This document shows, one piece after another, positions 36,301 through 48,788 of a stretch of DNA of 64,000 nt; position 1 is the first letter of the stretch, and every line of letters begins with the position of its first letter. The notes under the pieces were generated by a model that did no database searches, was not told the origin of the DNA, and was given only the letters and a program-made list of their open reading frames with translations. The DNA is taken from positions 372,001 to 436,000 of the forward strand of contig NW_026782300.1 of NCBI RefSeq assembly GCF_031769215.1. Reading direction: 5' to 3'. Position numbers and translations under genes: made by a program. This DNA is from Ylistrum balloti. Taxonomy: Eukaryota.

Positions 36301-38253
36301 CAACTTTCTGGATGTAGGAGGCGGAGTATCAGAACAGCAAGTTTATGATGCCTTCCAACTTCTTACAGCAGATTCTCATGTAAGTATTGCCAAAATTTCT
36401 ATTAACACATGTGGACAGTCTATAATTGGTCTTCCTCGATACTCCAGAGGTTACAATAACTTTTGCTCTCTGTACCTCCGGATCATGTCATGGCAGAATT
36501 GCAGACATAAGCGAAGCAATTTGATTAGTTCCAAGAGAAAAAATTTGACCAATCACAAGCTGATATTCATCTTTTGAAGATTACAGAGGAGCAACACCCA
36601 TCTTTAAAGCCATTACAATATACTGTTATGAGACATTGAGATTTGTGTCATGTTTATCATAGGAACAAACTGATATTTTTGTCTTGTCCACAAGGTGTTG
36701 CACATTGAAACTTCAGTTTTGCTATGACATATTTCAGGAGTGCAGAGAGCAAAAGTGATTTCAAACCCTGGAGTATTGAGGATAACAACTGATATTCCAG
36801 TGTTTCATTGTCAATTTTAATTTCAGTTTTTTTAATTCTTTTATGTTACGACATCACTTTGTAAGAAACTTTATCAAAAATTTACTTTGAAGAAGCAGAA
36901 ACTTAATTTTCTGAAATCAGGTTAATCACAAAAACCAAGACTAATATGCAATCTACTTCAATGTTAGTCACTATTTTATGAATGAGAAAAGTTAATCATT
37001 AAAAGCCATCCAGATTATCAAATAACGATGTATTTAATGTGAGGATTTTAGTAACAGAAGGAAATATCTTACATTATTTCTAAATATATTTTAATGATTA
37101 TGCTCAAGCATTGAAAAAGAAAGAATTAATTGCAAATTTCAAAACCTCTGTAATAAATTGTATATTTAAAACGTGTATGCTAATACATTCTTATAATATG
37201 AGTTTTTATTTTTTACCTTTTTTAGGTGAAGGGAATTCTTGTCAATGTATTTGGTGGCATTGTAAACTGTGCAACTGTTGCAACGGGTATCCTTAAGGCC
37301 TGTCAGCGTATCAACCTGAAGCTCCCCCTGGTGGTACGACTAGAAGGTAACAAAGATTAGTTAATAGGTCCCATTGCTGTTTGTATACACTGCTGTAACA
37401 TGAAGCTAATAATCAAGTCACTTTTATTTTCTGCTGTAAAAGGAATGGGACCACTTTCTAAAGAAAACTCTTAACTGCGCTGGTAATCAGTCATTTAGTA
37501 GTCTTCAAATGGATTTGTGGTGGGAAGGGTAATAAACACTATGTCCATGTATAATTTGATAGAATCATTCTTGGATATGAGATGATTTTTTTTTCTCTTA
37601 CCCTTGAAAGGTTTATAAACACCTTTTATAGTGTGAGGTTTCTGAGTTTCACTCCAGGATTGAGAAGTGGTCAGGGGGGAGGGATGGGGGTTACCTTTCA
37701 TAACTATGAATTAACATCAACAAAGCAGGGCAACAGCAGATTAAGGCTGGTAGGATAAGAGAAAAATGGTTCTTTGTTTGCTGAATTTTACCCCCTTGTT
37801 GGTAAACCTCGTGTGGAAATAACTAAGTTTCAATCACTCAGCAAGTGTCATGTGTGCCAACTTAGTAATTTCCCCCTTTGGAAAAGATCCCCCTATTTCA
37901 CCCCAAGAGAGAAAGATTTGTTAATCTTAACCTGAAGGGAAGATCTTTTATTTTGAAAACACGAGTTTGAAAATTCACTCACTTTTAAAATGAAAAAAAC
38001 ATGTACATTTCATAAATATGTCAGATTAAACTAGTGTGAAAATCAACTGCTGGTTCCAATGTATACTTATGTGTCAGTGTGTAGTTATTGTAGTGATAAC
38101 TAACAGGGATGTTCTGTATATAATTGTGTTATTTTTTTCCCAGGACAAAATGTAGAAGCAGGAAGAAAAATTTTAGAAGAAAGTAACCTTCCTATAAAAG
38201 CAGCTTTTGGATTTGAGGAAGCAGCAAAGTTGGCAGTAGCCAGTGTGAAGTAG
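27228..38253 (+). CDS. SUCLG2: Succinate--CoA ligase [GDP-forming] subunit beta, mitochondrial; spliced CDS of 11 exons, 431 aa
   Basis: Exons 27228-27311, 29280-29424, 31895-31994, 32468-32558, 33284-33436, 34889-34978, 35386-35482, 35605-35766, 36237-36379, 37226-37346 and 38144-38253. All are GT-AG with consistent phases, total 1296 nt. Arg/Ser-rich targeting peptide. Motifs [52 protein letters not shown] and GIVNCA are of the GTP-specific type. Confidence 0.96.
29280..29424 (+). CDS. SUCLG2: SUCLG2 exon 2
   Basis: [32 protein letters not shown]...AAEKL. Confidence 0.93.
30342..31609 (-). mobile_element. Internally deleted Tc1/mariner-IS630 superfamily DNA transposon in SUCLG2 intron 2
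   Basis: Terminal inverted repeats CTACCGATGAAGGGAAGGTGTGAACG are perfect for 26 bp, with 13 mismatches over the first 89 bp. TA flanks both ends. A transposase remnant lies on the minus strand. Confidence 0.88.
31008..31375 (-). pseudogene. Frameshifted DDE transposase fragment (IS630/Tc1/mariner type)
   Basis: [20 protein letters not shown] / [32 protein letters not shown] / [26 protein letters not shown], with two frameshifts. The second D and the E are about 37-38 residues apart. Confidence 0.85.
31895..31994 (+). CDS. SUCLG2: SUCLG2 exon 3
   Basis: [33 protein letters not shown]. Confidence 0.95.
32468..32558 (+). CDS. SUCLG2: SUCLG2 exon 4
   Basis: [31 protein letters not shown]. Confidence 0.95.
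33284..33436 (+). CDS. SUCLG2: SUCLG2 exon 5
   Basis: [40 protein letters not shown]...DSIIK. Confidence 0.95.
34062..34918 (+). repeat. 47-bp minisatellite, 18 copies, built from the SUCLG2 intron 5/exon 6 junction
   Basis: Unit ATGAAATCTGTATCATTGGAGGCAGTAGACATTGTGACTGGTATAAC; the last copy is the real acceptor plus the first 10 codons of exon 6. Confidence 0.97.
34889..34978 (+). CDS. SUCLG2: SUCLG2 exon 6
   Basis: attattag|[30 protein letters not shown]|gtatga; the first 30 nt are the last unit of the 47-bp array. Confidence 0.92.
35386..35482 (+). CDS. SUCLG2: SUCLG2 exon 7
   Basis: [32 protein letters not shown]. Confidence 0.95.
35605..35766 (+). CDS. SUCLG2: SUCLG2 exon 8
   Basis: [22 protein letters not shown]...[11 protein letters not shown]. 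Confidence 0.95.
36237..36379 (+). CDS. SUCLG2: SUCLG2 exon 9
   Basis: [30 protein letters not shown]...LLTADSH. Confidence 0.95.
37226..37346 (+). CDS. SUCLG2: SUCLG2 exon 10
   Basis: [26 protein letters not shown]...LPLVVRLE. Confidence 0.95.
38144..38253 (+). CDS. SUCLG2: SUCLG2 exon 11 (last)
   Basis: [36 protein letters not shown]; stop TAG at 38251-38253. Confidence 0.95.
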
Positions 38254-39239
38254 AATGTATGAGATTTTGTACAGTGGGTTTTCAGGTATGTCTGTTGCAA
38301 CATGGTACAGGACTGATGAAAATCATTTGAATTTTTGCCATCAAATTCAGTTTAGAGTTTTTGAGGTTTTTTCCTCTTTAAAAAAATTGGATTCAGAATA
38401 ATAACAAATAAGAACAATAAAAAATTATTGCATTTTATTGAAATAGATCTTACAAATTTTTATGTTTAAGTTTTGTTTTTTTGGCATTTTCAGATATATT
38501 TGCAGTAACAGACACATAGATGTTTAGAAAATATGGTTTAGCCAGGGTTTTATCCATTGGTATGTAGTTGAATAATCGGTTTTGTCAATGATTTGCACAC
38601 TGAATGTGATCTTTTAAATGATGTACATTGTACAAGGTTTAGAAGGCAGCAAATGTAAATTATATCTGGGAAATACTATGTATAACAGTATAAAATTGTT
38701 TTTTAAGTGATACTGTAAATCCATTTTGGAAGTGATAATTATATTTCAACATTTTAATTGCCAATTATGTAAGTGCTGAAGTATTATAATTACTTGATAA
38801 CAAAAAGCATGTATCATTGTGTTCTAGATAGCTGCAGCACCAAGTCATGATTTGTGTTATCAAAACATTTTCACTAATAGGTTAAAATTTGAGTGTTAAA
38901 GTACATCCATTTTTATAGGTAATCAGTGTCATCTTTTCATAAAATTTAGGACTATGTTCTTAAAATAGCAGATTTCTGTTTTTGTGATTTGACCACCATC
39001 TCCTGGATGGAAAAACAAGAAGACTTTTTTTAATACTGCCATATTTTTTGTTAGTGTGTTGCATAAGCAAATTCTGAGTCATGCTACGTAGAAATTCCAA
39101 TATGTCATCTTTTAACATTTTCTTCTACCATTAAGCCATCAATCAGGAATGGTAAAGATTGTTGTCATGGAAAAAAAGCATGTTCAGCATTTTGTCACAT
39201 CAATGGATTACTATCTAAATGGTATATTGACCATCAGAA

Positions 39240-39440
39240 ACAATGACATCATGAAACAATGAGATTAGATAATAATGACAACGTTAAAAAAATACACCAG
39301 AGAATAATGACATCATGAAACAAAGATGTCAGAAAATGATGACATCATTAAACAAGACATCTGAAAATGATGACATCATCAAACAAAGATATCAGACAAA
39401 GGTTACATCATGAAGGGATGACTCCAGGAAATGATAGCAT
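39240..39440. repeat. Degenerate ~32-bp tandem repeat, about 6 units, downstream of the SUCLG2 stop
   Basis: ATGACATCAT at 39243, 39307, 39339 and 39370, with diverged units at about 39276 and 39402. Confidence 0.75.
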
Positions 39441-42010
39441 CACATCTATGATTTCAACAATTATCATATTGCTAACATTTCTCTGGAATCATATGTTGCT
39501 GTCATAAAAATCAACAACAAATAGAGATAAAAATTAGATATGATATCAACAAGAATTGCTGAAGGTAGCTAAAAAAAATATGTCATTGCTATAAAAAAGT
39601 ATTTTAAACAACTCTTTTCATTATTTTACAGCTGGGTATTCAATATCAGTCATGAATTTGATCCATCTGATGTGTTAGATGATCAGTTAGGAAATTTCAT
39701 TTGAATTCCAGATCACTAGAAACTATATGTACTCTCAGGGCTTCATAAACATACAACTGATTTGTTTACTGGGGCGTTCTTCTCTGGTTGTTGGTTTGTG
39801 ATTTGTGATGAAATCATTTTCATAAAATTTGTGATAATTAATTAAATGTGGTGAGAGTATGTAAGATTTACATGTAAAGTCACGGTTTCTTTTCAAGTGA
39901 AATCTGAATTATAGAGAAATTGTTGCTTGTAATATGGTAATTAAGGTTCATAAGAATGTAATTAAAGATATTTAATTTGATTTGTTTATACTTGTCATTG
40001 TATTTCTTTTTTCTCTGTAATTGTTCAATACAAAATTACTGTGATGTTGATATGTAATTTTAGGGGATATTTTTAATTTTGTTCAGTCAGTCAATACTTA
40101 TTAGGTACTCATCAGTTCCATATTAAAAGAAAAGACAGAAAGAATGAAATGATGTCATCGTCTTTCAGGGCTTTACCTTAACACATCTACTTGACCTATA
40201 GCCATGGTTCGGTTTCTAGTCTATTATTTAATGAATAGTATATGTACTCCAATACAAAATCATAAGTCTTAGGATGATAGATGTTTTACTAGAATATAAC
40301 TTAGATTATGTTGTGTAATGTTTAATTAACTCACAGCCCTGATGACGGAATTTTGATAATTCATTTAAAATCGCATGTTATTAGCAATTATTATCATTTT
40401 TTTTCTTTCTTTTTGTTAACTGCTGAAAAGGTTCTTGAATATTGTTTATTTCATATAAAATAGATCGAACTAGTCATGAAGTTAGTGCTCCCTTAAATGA
40501 AAACTTTCGTCACTTATTTCATAAATCTCTATAAATTATAATATTAAATGTTAGCTTTTCATGTCACTTCTGTATAAAAAGAAGTACTTGTTTTAGTAAT
40601 TCTGCTGTATCATGGAAATCATGTCAACGATTTGAGGGGGAATATTTTTATTCAGACTTTGTGTTTAAATTACTTATGCAAAAAGTGATAGTGATCAATT
40701 TCAGTTTTGCCGTATTTCCTTAACATGTAGTTAGAAGGTAATGGGTTCACAGAAACTTTTACTAGAGATGGAAGTAACAATGGTTTAAAATCAAATGTAT
40801 ATATTCAAGAGAAACATATTGTCCAGGGCATTTAAGCTATGATTTAGGGATGAAGATAGAGGATGTTTCTGAAAAGTTACTAATATATATTATCAACATG
40901 TTTAGCCTTTCAGTAATTTAAGTACTTTAATTTATGTTGTGATTTCAACAATGACTTCTCAAATCTTCCTACCAACTACAGCCCATCAAAGAAATATCAA
41001 TATCTATGTTTTTCTCATCAAGTCAATATATTTGTAATGTGAACATTGAATTGAAAATAATTGAACTGATAACCTTTTTGTTTACACTCCTCTTGTGTTC
41101 CATTTTGTTTGATAATAAAAACATTGTAATTCAAAATCTAAACTTTTCTAAAATGGTTATCTACAGACCTGAATAGAGATATTGGGCTCTGTGTAGTGTT
41201 GGTGTCTCCCTTTCTCTTTGGCTTATGAAACCACATACTCACCTGAACTAGGTCTGTAATTGGTAGAAATAGATCTACTAACTATATATAGCAGTCACCC
41301 GTACAAATGGCCCTAATATACTTATGTTACTTCTCCAGAACTATTTGTTATAGTGATCTCTCTCATGTCTTCATCTTCAAGTTCAAGTTCACAACAAGAG
41401 GCCAGAGGTCATTTTTTTTAATCAACTTGTTATAAAACTTGAGTATTTACTAGCTGTCTGTTGGGACTTGTGTATTGTATGTCAGTATCTGGTACTTGAT
41501 GTATTTTTACATAGACTTGCATTGTGAAGGCCTGCTGATTTTGTTATGAATTTATGTCATCCATATGTGTATGAAGTAGTCTTGTATATCCATATAATCA
41601 CATTACGCAGCTAGACCTGTCTATAACGACCACCCGAGAAGCAAGCCTGTATATAATGTCCACCTGACAGAAATGTCATTGAAAGACATATTTTAATAAA
41701 CAGGAAGTTGGCTACAGACATGGTTTTATAGGCAGTTTTACTCATTCTATCCCCAAGAGTTACTTCACTTTGTTTAACACTAACAGTAATAATGTATAGC
41801 AATTAGCTTGACAGCCAATGGGGGCCAAAAATGTTTCTACAATGGCCTTTACAGACAAGTCTTTGCTTTACAGACAAGTCTTTGCTATATACAATTGCAC
41901 TTTATAGGTAATTTTGCTATGGGACAATTATTTTTATAGAAAGGTTTTGCTTAACAGGGGTGATTATTGTAGACAGCCTTTTGTATACATGTGTGACCTA
42001 TATAGACAAG

Positions 42011-42688
42011 TTTATGCTGTACTGGGGTGACCTTTATAACATATTTATGCTCTACTGGGGTGATCTTTATAACATATTTATGCTAATAAATATTTATGCT
42101 ATACTGGGGTGATCTTTATAACATATTTATGCTATACTGGGATGACTTTTATAACTGGGGTGACCTTTATAACATATTTATGCTAATAACATATTTATGC
42201 TATACTAGGGTGACCTTTATAACATATTTATGCTATACTAGGGTGATCTTTATAACATATTTATGCTATACTAGGGTGACCTTTATAACATATTTATGCT
42301 GTACTGGGGTGACCTTTATAACATATTTATGCTATACTAGGGTGACATTTATAACATATTTATGCTATACTAGGGTGATCTTTATAACATATTTATGCTG
42401 TACCTTTATAACATATTTATGCTATAGGGTGACCTTTGACATATTTAACATATTTATGCTATTTATGCTATACTGGGGTGACCTTTATAACATATTTATG
42501 CTTTACTAGGGTGATCTTTATAACATATCTATGCTATACTGGGACTGGGGTGACCTTTATAACATATTTATGCCATACTGGGGTGACCTTTATAACATAT
42601 TTATGCTGTACTGGGGTGACCTTTATAACATATTTATGCTGTACTGGGGTGACCTTTATAACATATTTATGCCATACCGGGATGACCT
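42011..42688. repeat. 33-bp minisatellite, about 20 irregular copies
   Basis: Unit TTTATAACATATTTATGCTATACT(G/A)GGGTGACC; it explains the repetitive ORFs at 42096-42792. Confidence 0.95.
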
Positions 42689-45600
42689 TGATAGACAGAG
42701 CTTTTATGTACACAGATTTAGTCTATACCTGCTTTGCTATACATGAGTTATATTATAGAGAGGATTTGCTTTACACAGATGTCTTTTATTAACATGATTT
42801 TGTTATACACAGGTGACCAGAATAGACAGGTACATCCTATGCAGTTTTTGCCTTGACTTACAGGTATTCTCTCTAGTGACTGGCATGGGTTGGACAGGTG
42901 TTATTATTTTCATTACAGAGGTGTTCTTTGTCGACAGGGATTTGATTCTAGAACATTTACAGGAACCAAATGGGTAAATATGATGATTTATGTAAAAGGA
43001 TAAATACATATGTGCCAATCAGACAGAATGTGTTTTAGTTTTCATTTCCTTGGATTGTTTAATTGTCATCTAAAATGACATGGGAGTTAACAGACTTTAC
43101 TTAAGTTATCAGAAGACAGTTCTTCCTAAGAACTAATAGTCTTTTTCAGAGATTTGATCACTTATGAATTCCTTAAGTTTGAAATTGGTCATGTGTTTCT
43201 CTGAAACACTGTATTAAATTAATGATACTCAGTTGGTGAGCATCATTGTGATTTGTATATGACATAATTTGAGATGAAAATGATAGCATTTTTGTTTTCA
43301 ATAAGCACTGGTATCTCTATTACAGTATGTTTTACTGAGATCATTATTCTTATTTCATCAATAAATAAGTAAATAAACGGATAAACAAAATAATATAAGT
43401 TGTCAAAGTGGAAACATTTTGCGCATTTTTTGCTCAAATAGCATGGTATCCTCACCAATTATAATAATTAGCTGTTTGTCAGCCTTTCTTGATTCAAAAA
43501 GGTGATTGAATGATCGGTACTTCCCATATATAATCATTTATCAGAAAATCGATTTGTTTCATTGTTAGAATGTTATTTCTGTAGGGCCAGAAGAGTGCAT
43601 GTCTATGAACTTTTTAAATTGTCCCATACTTCAATTAGAAAAGTTTCCGGGACTACTTTAATTTACTTAAGTGTTATTCACGAAATCAAAATGTTCTTCA
43701 GCAGTGGAAAGCTTAGACTATCCTCGTGTCATGTTTTTGAAAATTGTTTTAAAGTGACTTAAGAAATTGGATATACCCCTTCATTGTTTTTTTTATGAGA
43801 TGGATCATTCTAGCTTGACAAACAGTTATAATATTCAACAATACCGTCAGTTTATTCCTTTTTTCTCTCCTCAGTATCGTTTAAATTAGACTTTTAATAA
43901 GGGACAAACACGCCTTAAGGGATATAAATTTAAGGTAAAACGATACCATGAAGTCAAAACGGTCAAAGCCAGACGTTTGAACTCTGGAATTTATAGATAT
44001 TTAAAGTTGAAGGTAAATAGATAAAGTGATAGGTCTGTTGAAGAGGTGTGAACTGTTTGATTCCAGTTGAAGTGACACTAGCATAAAAGCCCCCTGCAAT
44101 GAACAGTATCGAGTCTCTACAAACTAATTTGTTGTCACCTTGGTGTAAGCGAGACAAATGGATATCGTCTAAACCCCGTTAGGGCAGTGCCTGGTAAGGT
44201 TATTTCGTACGTTCACCGATATCTGTGTTTTCAAGTTCAACACGGAACAAGATACAAATCTGCGAAAATGTTTAGTCATAAATAACATGACATACGAAAA
44301 CGTTATGTGTGTGTGGGTGTGTACATTTTATTATTTTAAAACTGAACTAATTATCGAAATTATAACTTTCAAATCACACTTTGGTTTCAATAATTTTATA
44401 TTAATTAACAGTTGTTAGGGGATAATCATAGGTAGTACCACGGAAAACACCATTGCCATCTCCAAAATATTTGCATCGCGTCTTAAAATCGTCAAAAGAG
44501 TAGAGACCGGAGAAAAGGTTTCATTGAAGGCAAGTTTTGTTTTAAGGTCGTGTCAAGTTGTAATATCAGACATGTCAACTAAACCACCCACTATCAAAAG
44601 ATTACAGGATATGATCAGAGTGTCAATCAGATGATGTACATTTAGGTGTGGAGATAATGAATATTTGTTTTTAACAACTTCAGTGCTGTTTTTTTTCATT
44701 TATCGTGATTATGGATAAGTTCGTAGCTTTACAAATCAGGCTTAATATTTCATTTGAGATGATATCGCAAGATAACAACAACAGATCGTATAAATTATGT
44801 TCTAATTAATTAACCGGATCTTTATAAGTACTCATGTTGTGGTTATAGGCCTAACAGTCACTTCGTTAATGTAGGGAGTCAATCCATTAACGATGAACTG
44901 CTGACATTGGCAGGTTATGATCAAAACATCCGGTTATCCTGTCTTTTTTCCTTAATACATGTACTACCATTACATGGTGGCTTCGCAACGCTGCACAAGT
45001 ACCCGCTGACATATGAATGAATTGGTCACGCACGAGCAATTAAGACGAAAACAATGACTTGGGTGATGGTTAAAGATGAAGATTGCCAGGTCTGTAGGGA
45101 CAAGTCCGTATTCATATAATTTCACGGAATTAATCATAAAATAATGGATTTTTTTGTTTCGCATCACGATGTCGGGTCCATCACAAATTACATCGTGAAT
45201 GTAGTAATTGGTTTGGTTTCTTGTTTAAATAATCATCATTGAATGGGTTAAAGGGAAGGGAAGGTTGGACGGAAGGACGGGAGTGGCCTTGCATTGCCCA
45301 GAACGCAAAAGTAAGTACAATGCGATCAGAATGTGCAGGCAGAGGAGGAAAATAAAAAGAAATTTGTGTGTCAATGCCAGGTAGCAGATGGTAATCAGTT
45401 TGTGTTCGAGCAGAATAGAGAAGTTGAGAAAGGCGCCAGTAAACCTGGCAGTAGGCTTTAAATTATATATGCTATACCACTTATTAATAATATGAAAAAT
45501 AAAGCATGAGTATTATTTTCAAATGTAAACCATACAGACAGAACCTGTTCACAACAGCTGGATGTATCGATCGCTTTGCTTCTGCAAAATGAATATTGTA

Positions 45601-46890
45601 TATCATTACTTTGAAAATCCTTTGGTTCAGATGTACTGGAGAACTTCCAACACGTGTCATTTACAGCCGTAAATACATTAAAACAAAACAAGGATAAGAT
45701 TAAAGCATGTAGTGTTAGTCGGGATCAATATGGACAAATCGAAATAAGAGTTATCGACCCTGGAACAATGCGTGGGGTGCGTGCACAGAGGTGGTCCGAC
45801 AATGTCTATACCCCACAGAATGACATTACACGGGCACACCTATGTCTGCATCATGTTACAAAATCCTTGTTTCATTTTGATTTCATCAAAGTAATCCTTA
45901 ATGCTAATTTATTTAAAGCGTCTTTCTTTAGTGGTCGTTCTTTTGTAGATAATTGACAAGATAGTAAACTCCTCCGACCGAACCACATATTTTACATGAT
46001 CGTGCATTAAGTATGCATATGTATATTAGAACGATGTGGGTAATGCGATATTTGTGAAACCTCTTTAGATTTAAATGTTTCTTTATGCAATTTGAATGAT
46101 ACAAAAAAGGACTGAACGCTGCGAACCGCTATCGACAGTACCATGTAATTCAGGTGGAATTTCTCATGTGCTGCGTTTCAGTGACAGAACGAATCATTCA
46201 TTAAAAGGACGTTCCCGTCTCTGATTCTTTCATAAGAACAACGTTTCCAGAACAGCACGTGCCATTCATAAAATAATACGCCGTTCCTACTACAAATGGA
46301 GTCATTTATCCAGCCGTTAAAATAGACGTTCAAGTCACAGAATGATTCGTTCATGGAAAAAAGAACTAAGTTCCTGGTGCTGATCCAGCCATTTATAAGC
46401 ACGTCGTTTCCAACACAAAAAGTGTCGTTCATAAAACATTACGCCGTTCAGACCTTAGAAAGAGTAATTCATTGAGCCGTCCATAAACATGACGTCTTAT
46501 AACTAGTCGTTCACAAAACGACGTTCCGCTCAATAATTTAAGAATGATATATCCGTGACTGAAAGAATCAGTTCAAAAGAACCAAAGTAAATATGACGTC
46601 CTTGCATTTGGGCGATCTATGGATATACACACAGAATTCTTTCGATGAGGTCATTACTACGATGTTTCCACCACATAAACATTCATAGAATGAAACGTCA
46701 CTGGATTTTCTCGTCATAGAGCCACCAATATTTATTGATAAGACATTGTGTAATTAATCACAAAACAATTAGAATCAAATACTAAAGAATAAAATGTATC
46801 ATGTATCTTACTGTATTTTTCTAGACGGACGTTTCATCAATTACTTTTATTGATTCAAAGAACAGAAGGATTTCTTTCTACGAGCGAATT

Positions 46891-47048
46891 CCTGACCAAG
46901 GTCACTGTTTCATTATCCTAGATCGTATATAGACCGTAATGGACGCGTTAATATTCAACAGATAACCATCCTTAGCACGATACAGCAGTAATATAAAGCT
47001 GTTTTATGACCAGTAGGTATTGTACTTTATGTTATTGGCCCTCGGAGA
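46891..47048 (+). repeat. Diverged ~160-170-bp direct repeat, copy 1 (copy 2 at 48218-48384)
   Basis: Shared blocks CCTGACCAA, GACCGT, CGTTAATATT.AACAGATA, AGCTGTTTTATG, GTA.GTATTGTAC and TGTTATTGG. Confidence 0.75.
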
Positions 47049-47145
47049 TCTCAGGAATCGGCCAAAACATATTTAAGTCACAGAACGGTTCATCTATTAT
47101 TACGCAGTTCTCTCCATAGTCTGAACCATTTTCTTCTTTTGAATA

Positions 47146-47700
47146 TCACCGAAACGACGTCCCCACCATAGAATTACCTATTCACCGAAACGACGTCCCC
47201 ACCATAGAAATACCAATTCACCGAAACGACGTGCCCGCCATAGAATTACCTATTCACTAAAACTACTTCCCCACCATAGAAATACCTATTCACCGAAACG
47301 ACGTCCCCGCCATAGAAATTCCTATTCACCGAAACTACGTTCCCGCCATAGAATTACCTATTCACCGAAACGACATGCCCGCCATAGAATTACCTATTCA
47401 CTAAAACTACGTTCCCGCCATAGAATTACCTATTCACCGAAACGACGTGCCCGCCATAGAACTACCTATTCACCGAAACGACGTGCCCGTCATAGAATTA
47501 CCTATTCACTAAAACTACGTCCCAGCCATAGAATTACCTATTCACTAAAACGACGTTCCCGCCATAGAAATACCTATTCACTAAAACTACGTCCCCGCCA
47601 TAGAATTATCTATTCACTAAAACTACGTTCTCGCCATAGAAAAACCTATTCACTAAAACTACGTCCCCACTATAGAATGACCAATTCGCCAAATACGACG
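47146..47700. repeat. 35-36-bp CpG-rich minisatellite, about 15 copies
   Basis: Unit CCC(G/A)CCATAGAATTACCTATTCAC(C/T)(G/A)AAAC(G/T)ACGT(C/T). Confidence 0.95.
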
Positions 47701-48217
47701 TTCCTAACATTAACGAAAACCATGCTCCCGACGTAGTATGACCCATTTACTGAAAACCGTATTCCCGTTAGAGATTGACCCATTCATCAGAAAAGACGTC
47801 GCCATTCCTAAAGTTACCAAATCATTAAACGACGTTTCAGCTATAAATTAACACATTCGTTAAAAACGGTGGTTCGGCTATTTATAGTATCATATTCATC
47901 AAAACGGCATTCTTGCCATAGAATGATATATACCATATATCCACACATAAGATCTGCCTTCTGTTACCGAACCAGGATTTTGAGAATTTGGTGTGAAAAA
48001 TGAATAAAAAGTGTAATATATATAAAAGGCACACAATGTTTATATCACGTTCATTAGAAAGTGATAACAATGAAAATATCTTTAATCCCTGAAATATTTG
48101 ATAAATACCAAGTTTTCAATCAATTCTAGCTATTATTTTCATTGATTCGGCATCAGATAGTTACACAATGAATTGTTTGAGCTCGACTATGTATGATAAA
48201 GGTTGACATGACATGTC

Positions 48218-48384
48218 CCTGACCAAAGCGTGCTGTCCCACTAACCTGTATTAGACTACCGTATGTGGACCGTGAGGGCTCGTTAATATTGAACAGATAC
48301 TCATCCCAAACACGACTCGGTAGTTTCATGGAGCTGTTTTATGGCTGGTAAGTATTGTACGCTTTTGTTATTGGTCTTCTGAGA
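48218..48384 (+). repeat. Diverged ~160-170-bp direct repeat, copy 2
   Basis: Aligns by eye with 46891-47048. Confidence 0.75.
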
Positions 48385-48614
48385 GCTTACTGCAAGTCAG
48401 CGAAAAACTCGATATTTTGTCCACTCCCCACAACAAGTACTAGATAAAGGACAGATCGCTCTAAAATGATTGATTGATCTCATCCAATCACATATTCCTA
48501 AAACTTCCTCATCAATAATTAATTGTTTGAGAAATAAAAAACAAAGAAATCATTCGCGTTTAGCAAAGGTTTTTGTCACCTATTAGATATCATTTTATAT
48601 GAGTATTTGTGTTA

Positions 48615-48616
<2 letters not shown>

Positions 48617-48652
<36 letters not shown>
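48617..48652. repeat. (TG)18 microsatellite
   Basis: Read directly. Confidence 0.95.
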
Positions 48653-48658
<6 letters not shown>

Positions 48659-48746
48659 TCTCATGTCCATTGAAGACAAAAGTGAATAGTACCATTTATA
48701 CAAATTTAGAGGTATATACAGTGAAGTCAAACAATGAATTTAGCTG

Positions 48747-48788
48747 CATCATACAGCTGTTTTGTCCTTCTTGGACTCCTCAATGATG
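48747..48788 (-). ncRNA. Minimal type I hammerhead ribozyme relic, copy A
   Basis: The minus strand reads CATCA-TTGAGGA-GTCC-AAGAA-GGAC-AAAA-C-AGCT-G-TA-TGATG. Stems I and II pair perfectly. The core has C3>U and G12>A substitutions. Confidence 0.75.

Noticed and set aside
27228-38253. Assignment as SUCLA2 (ADP-forming)
   Set aside because: [18 protein letters not shown] and INPFGETP, together with the exon sizes, fit SUCLG2 as I recall it. A phylogeny would be decisive.
42096-42792. ORFs of 137, 118 and 71 aa
   Set aside because: They are translations of the 33-bp minisatellite.
45458-45956. ORFs of 77 aa (-) and 100 aa (+) as exons
   Set aside because: No recognisable domain and no consistent splice partners.
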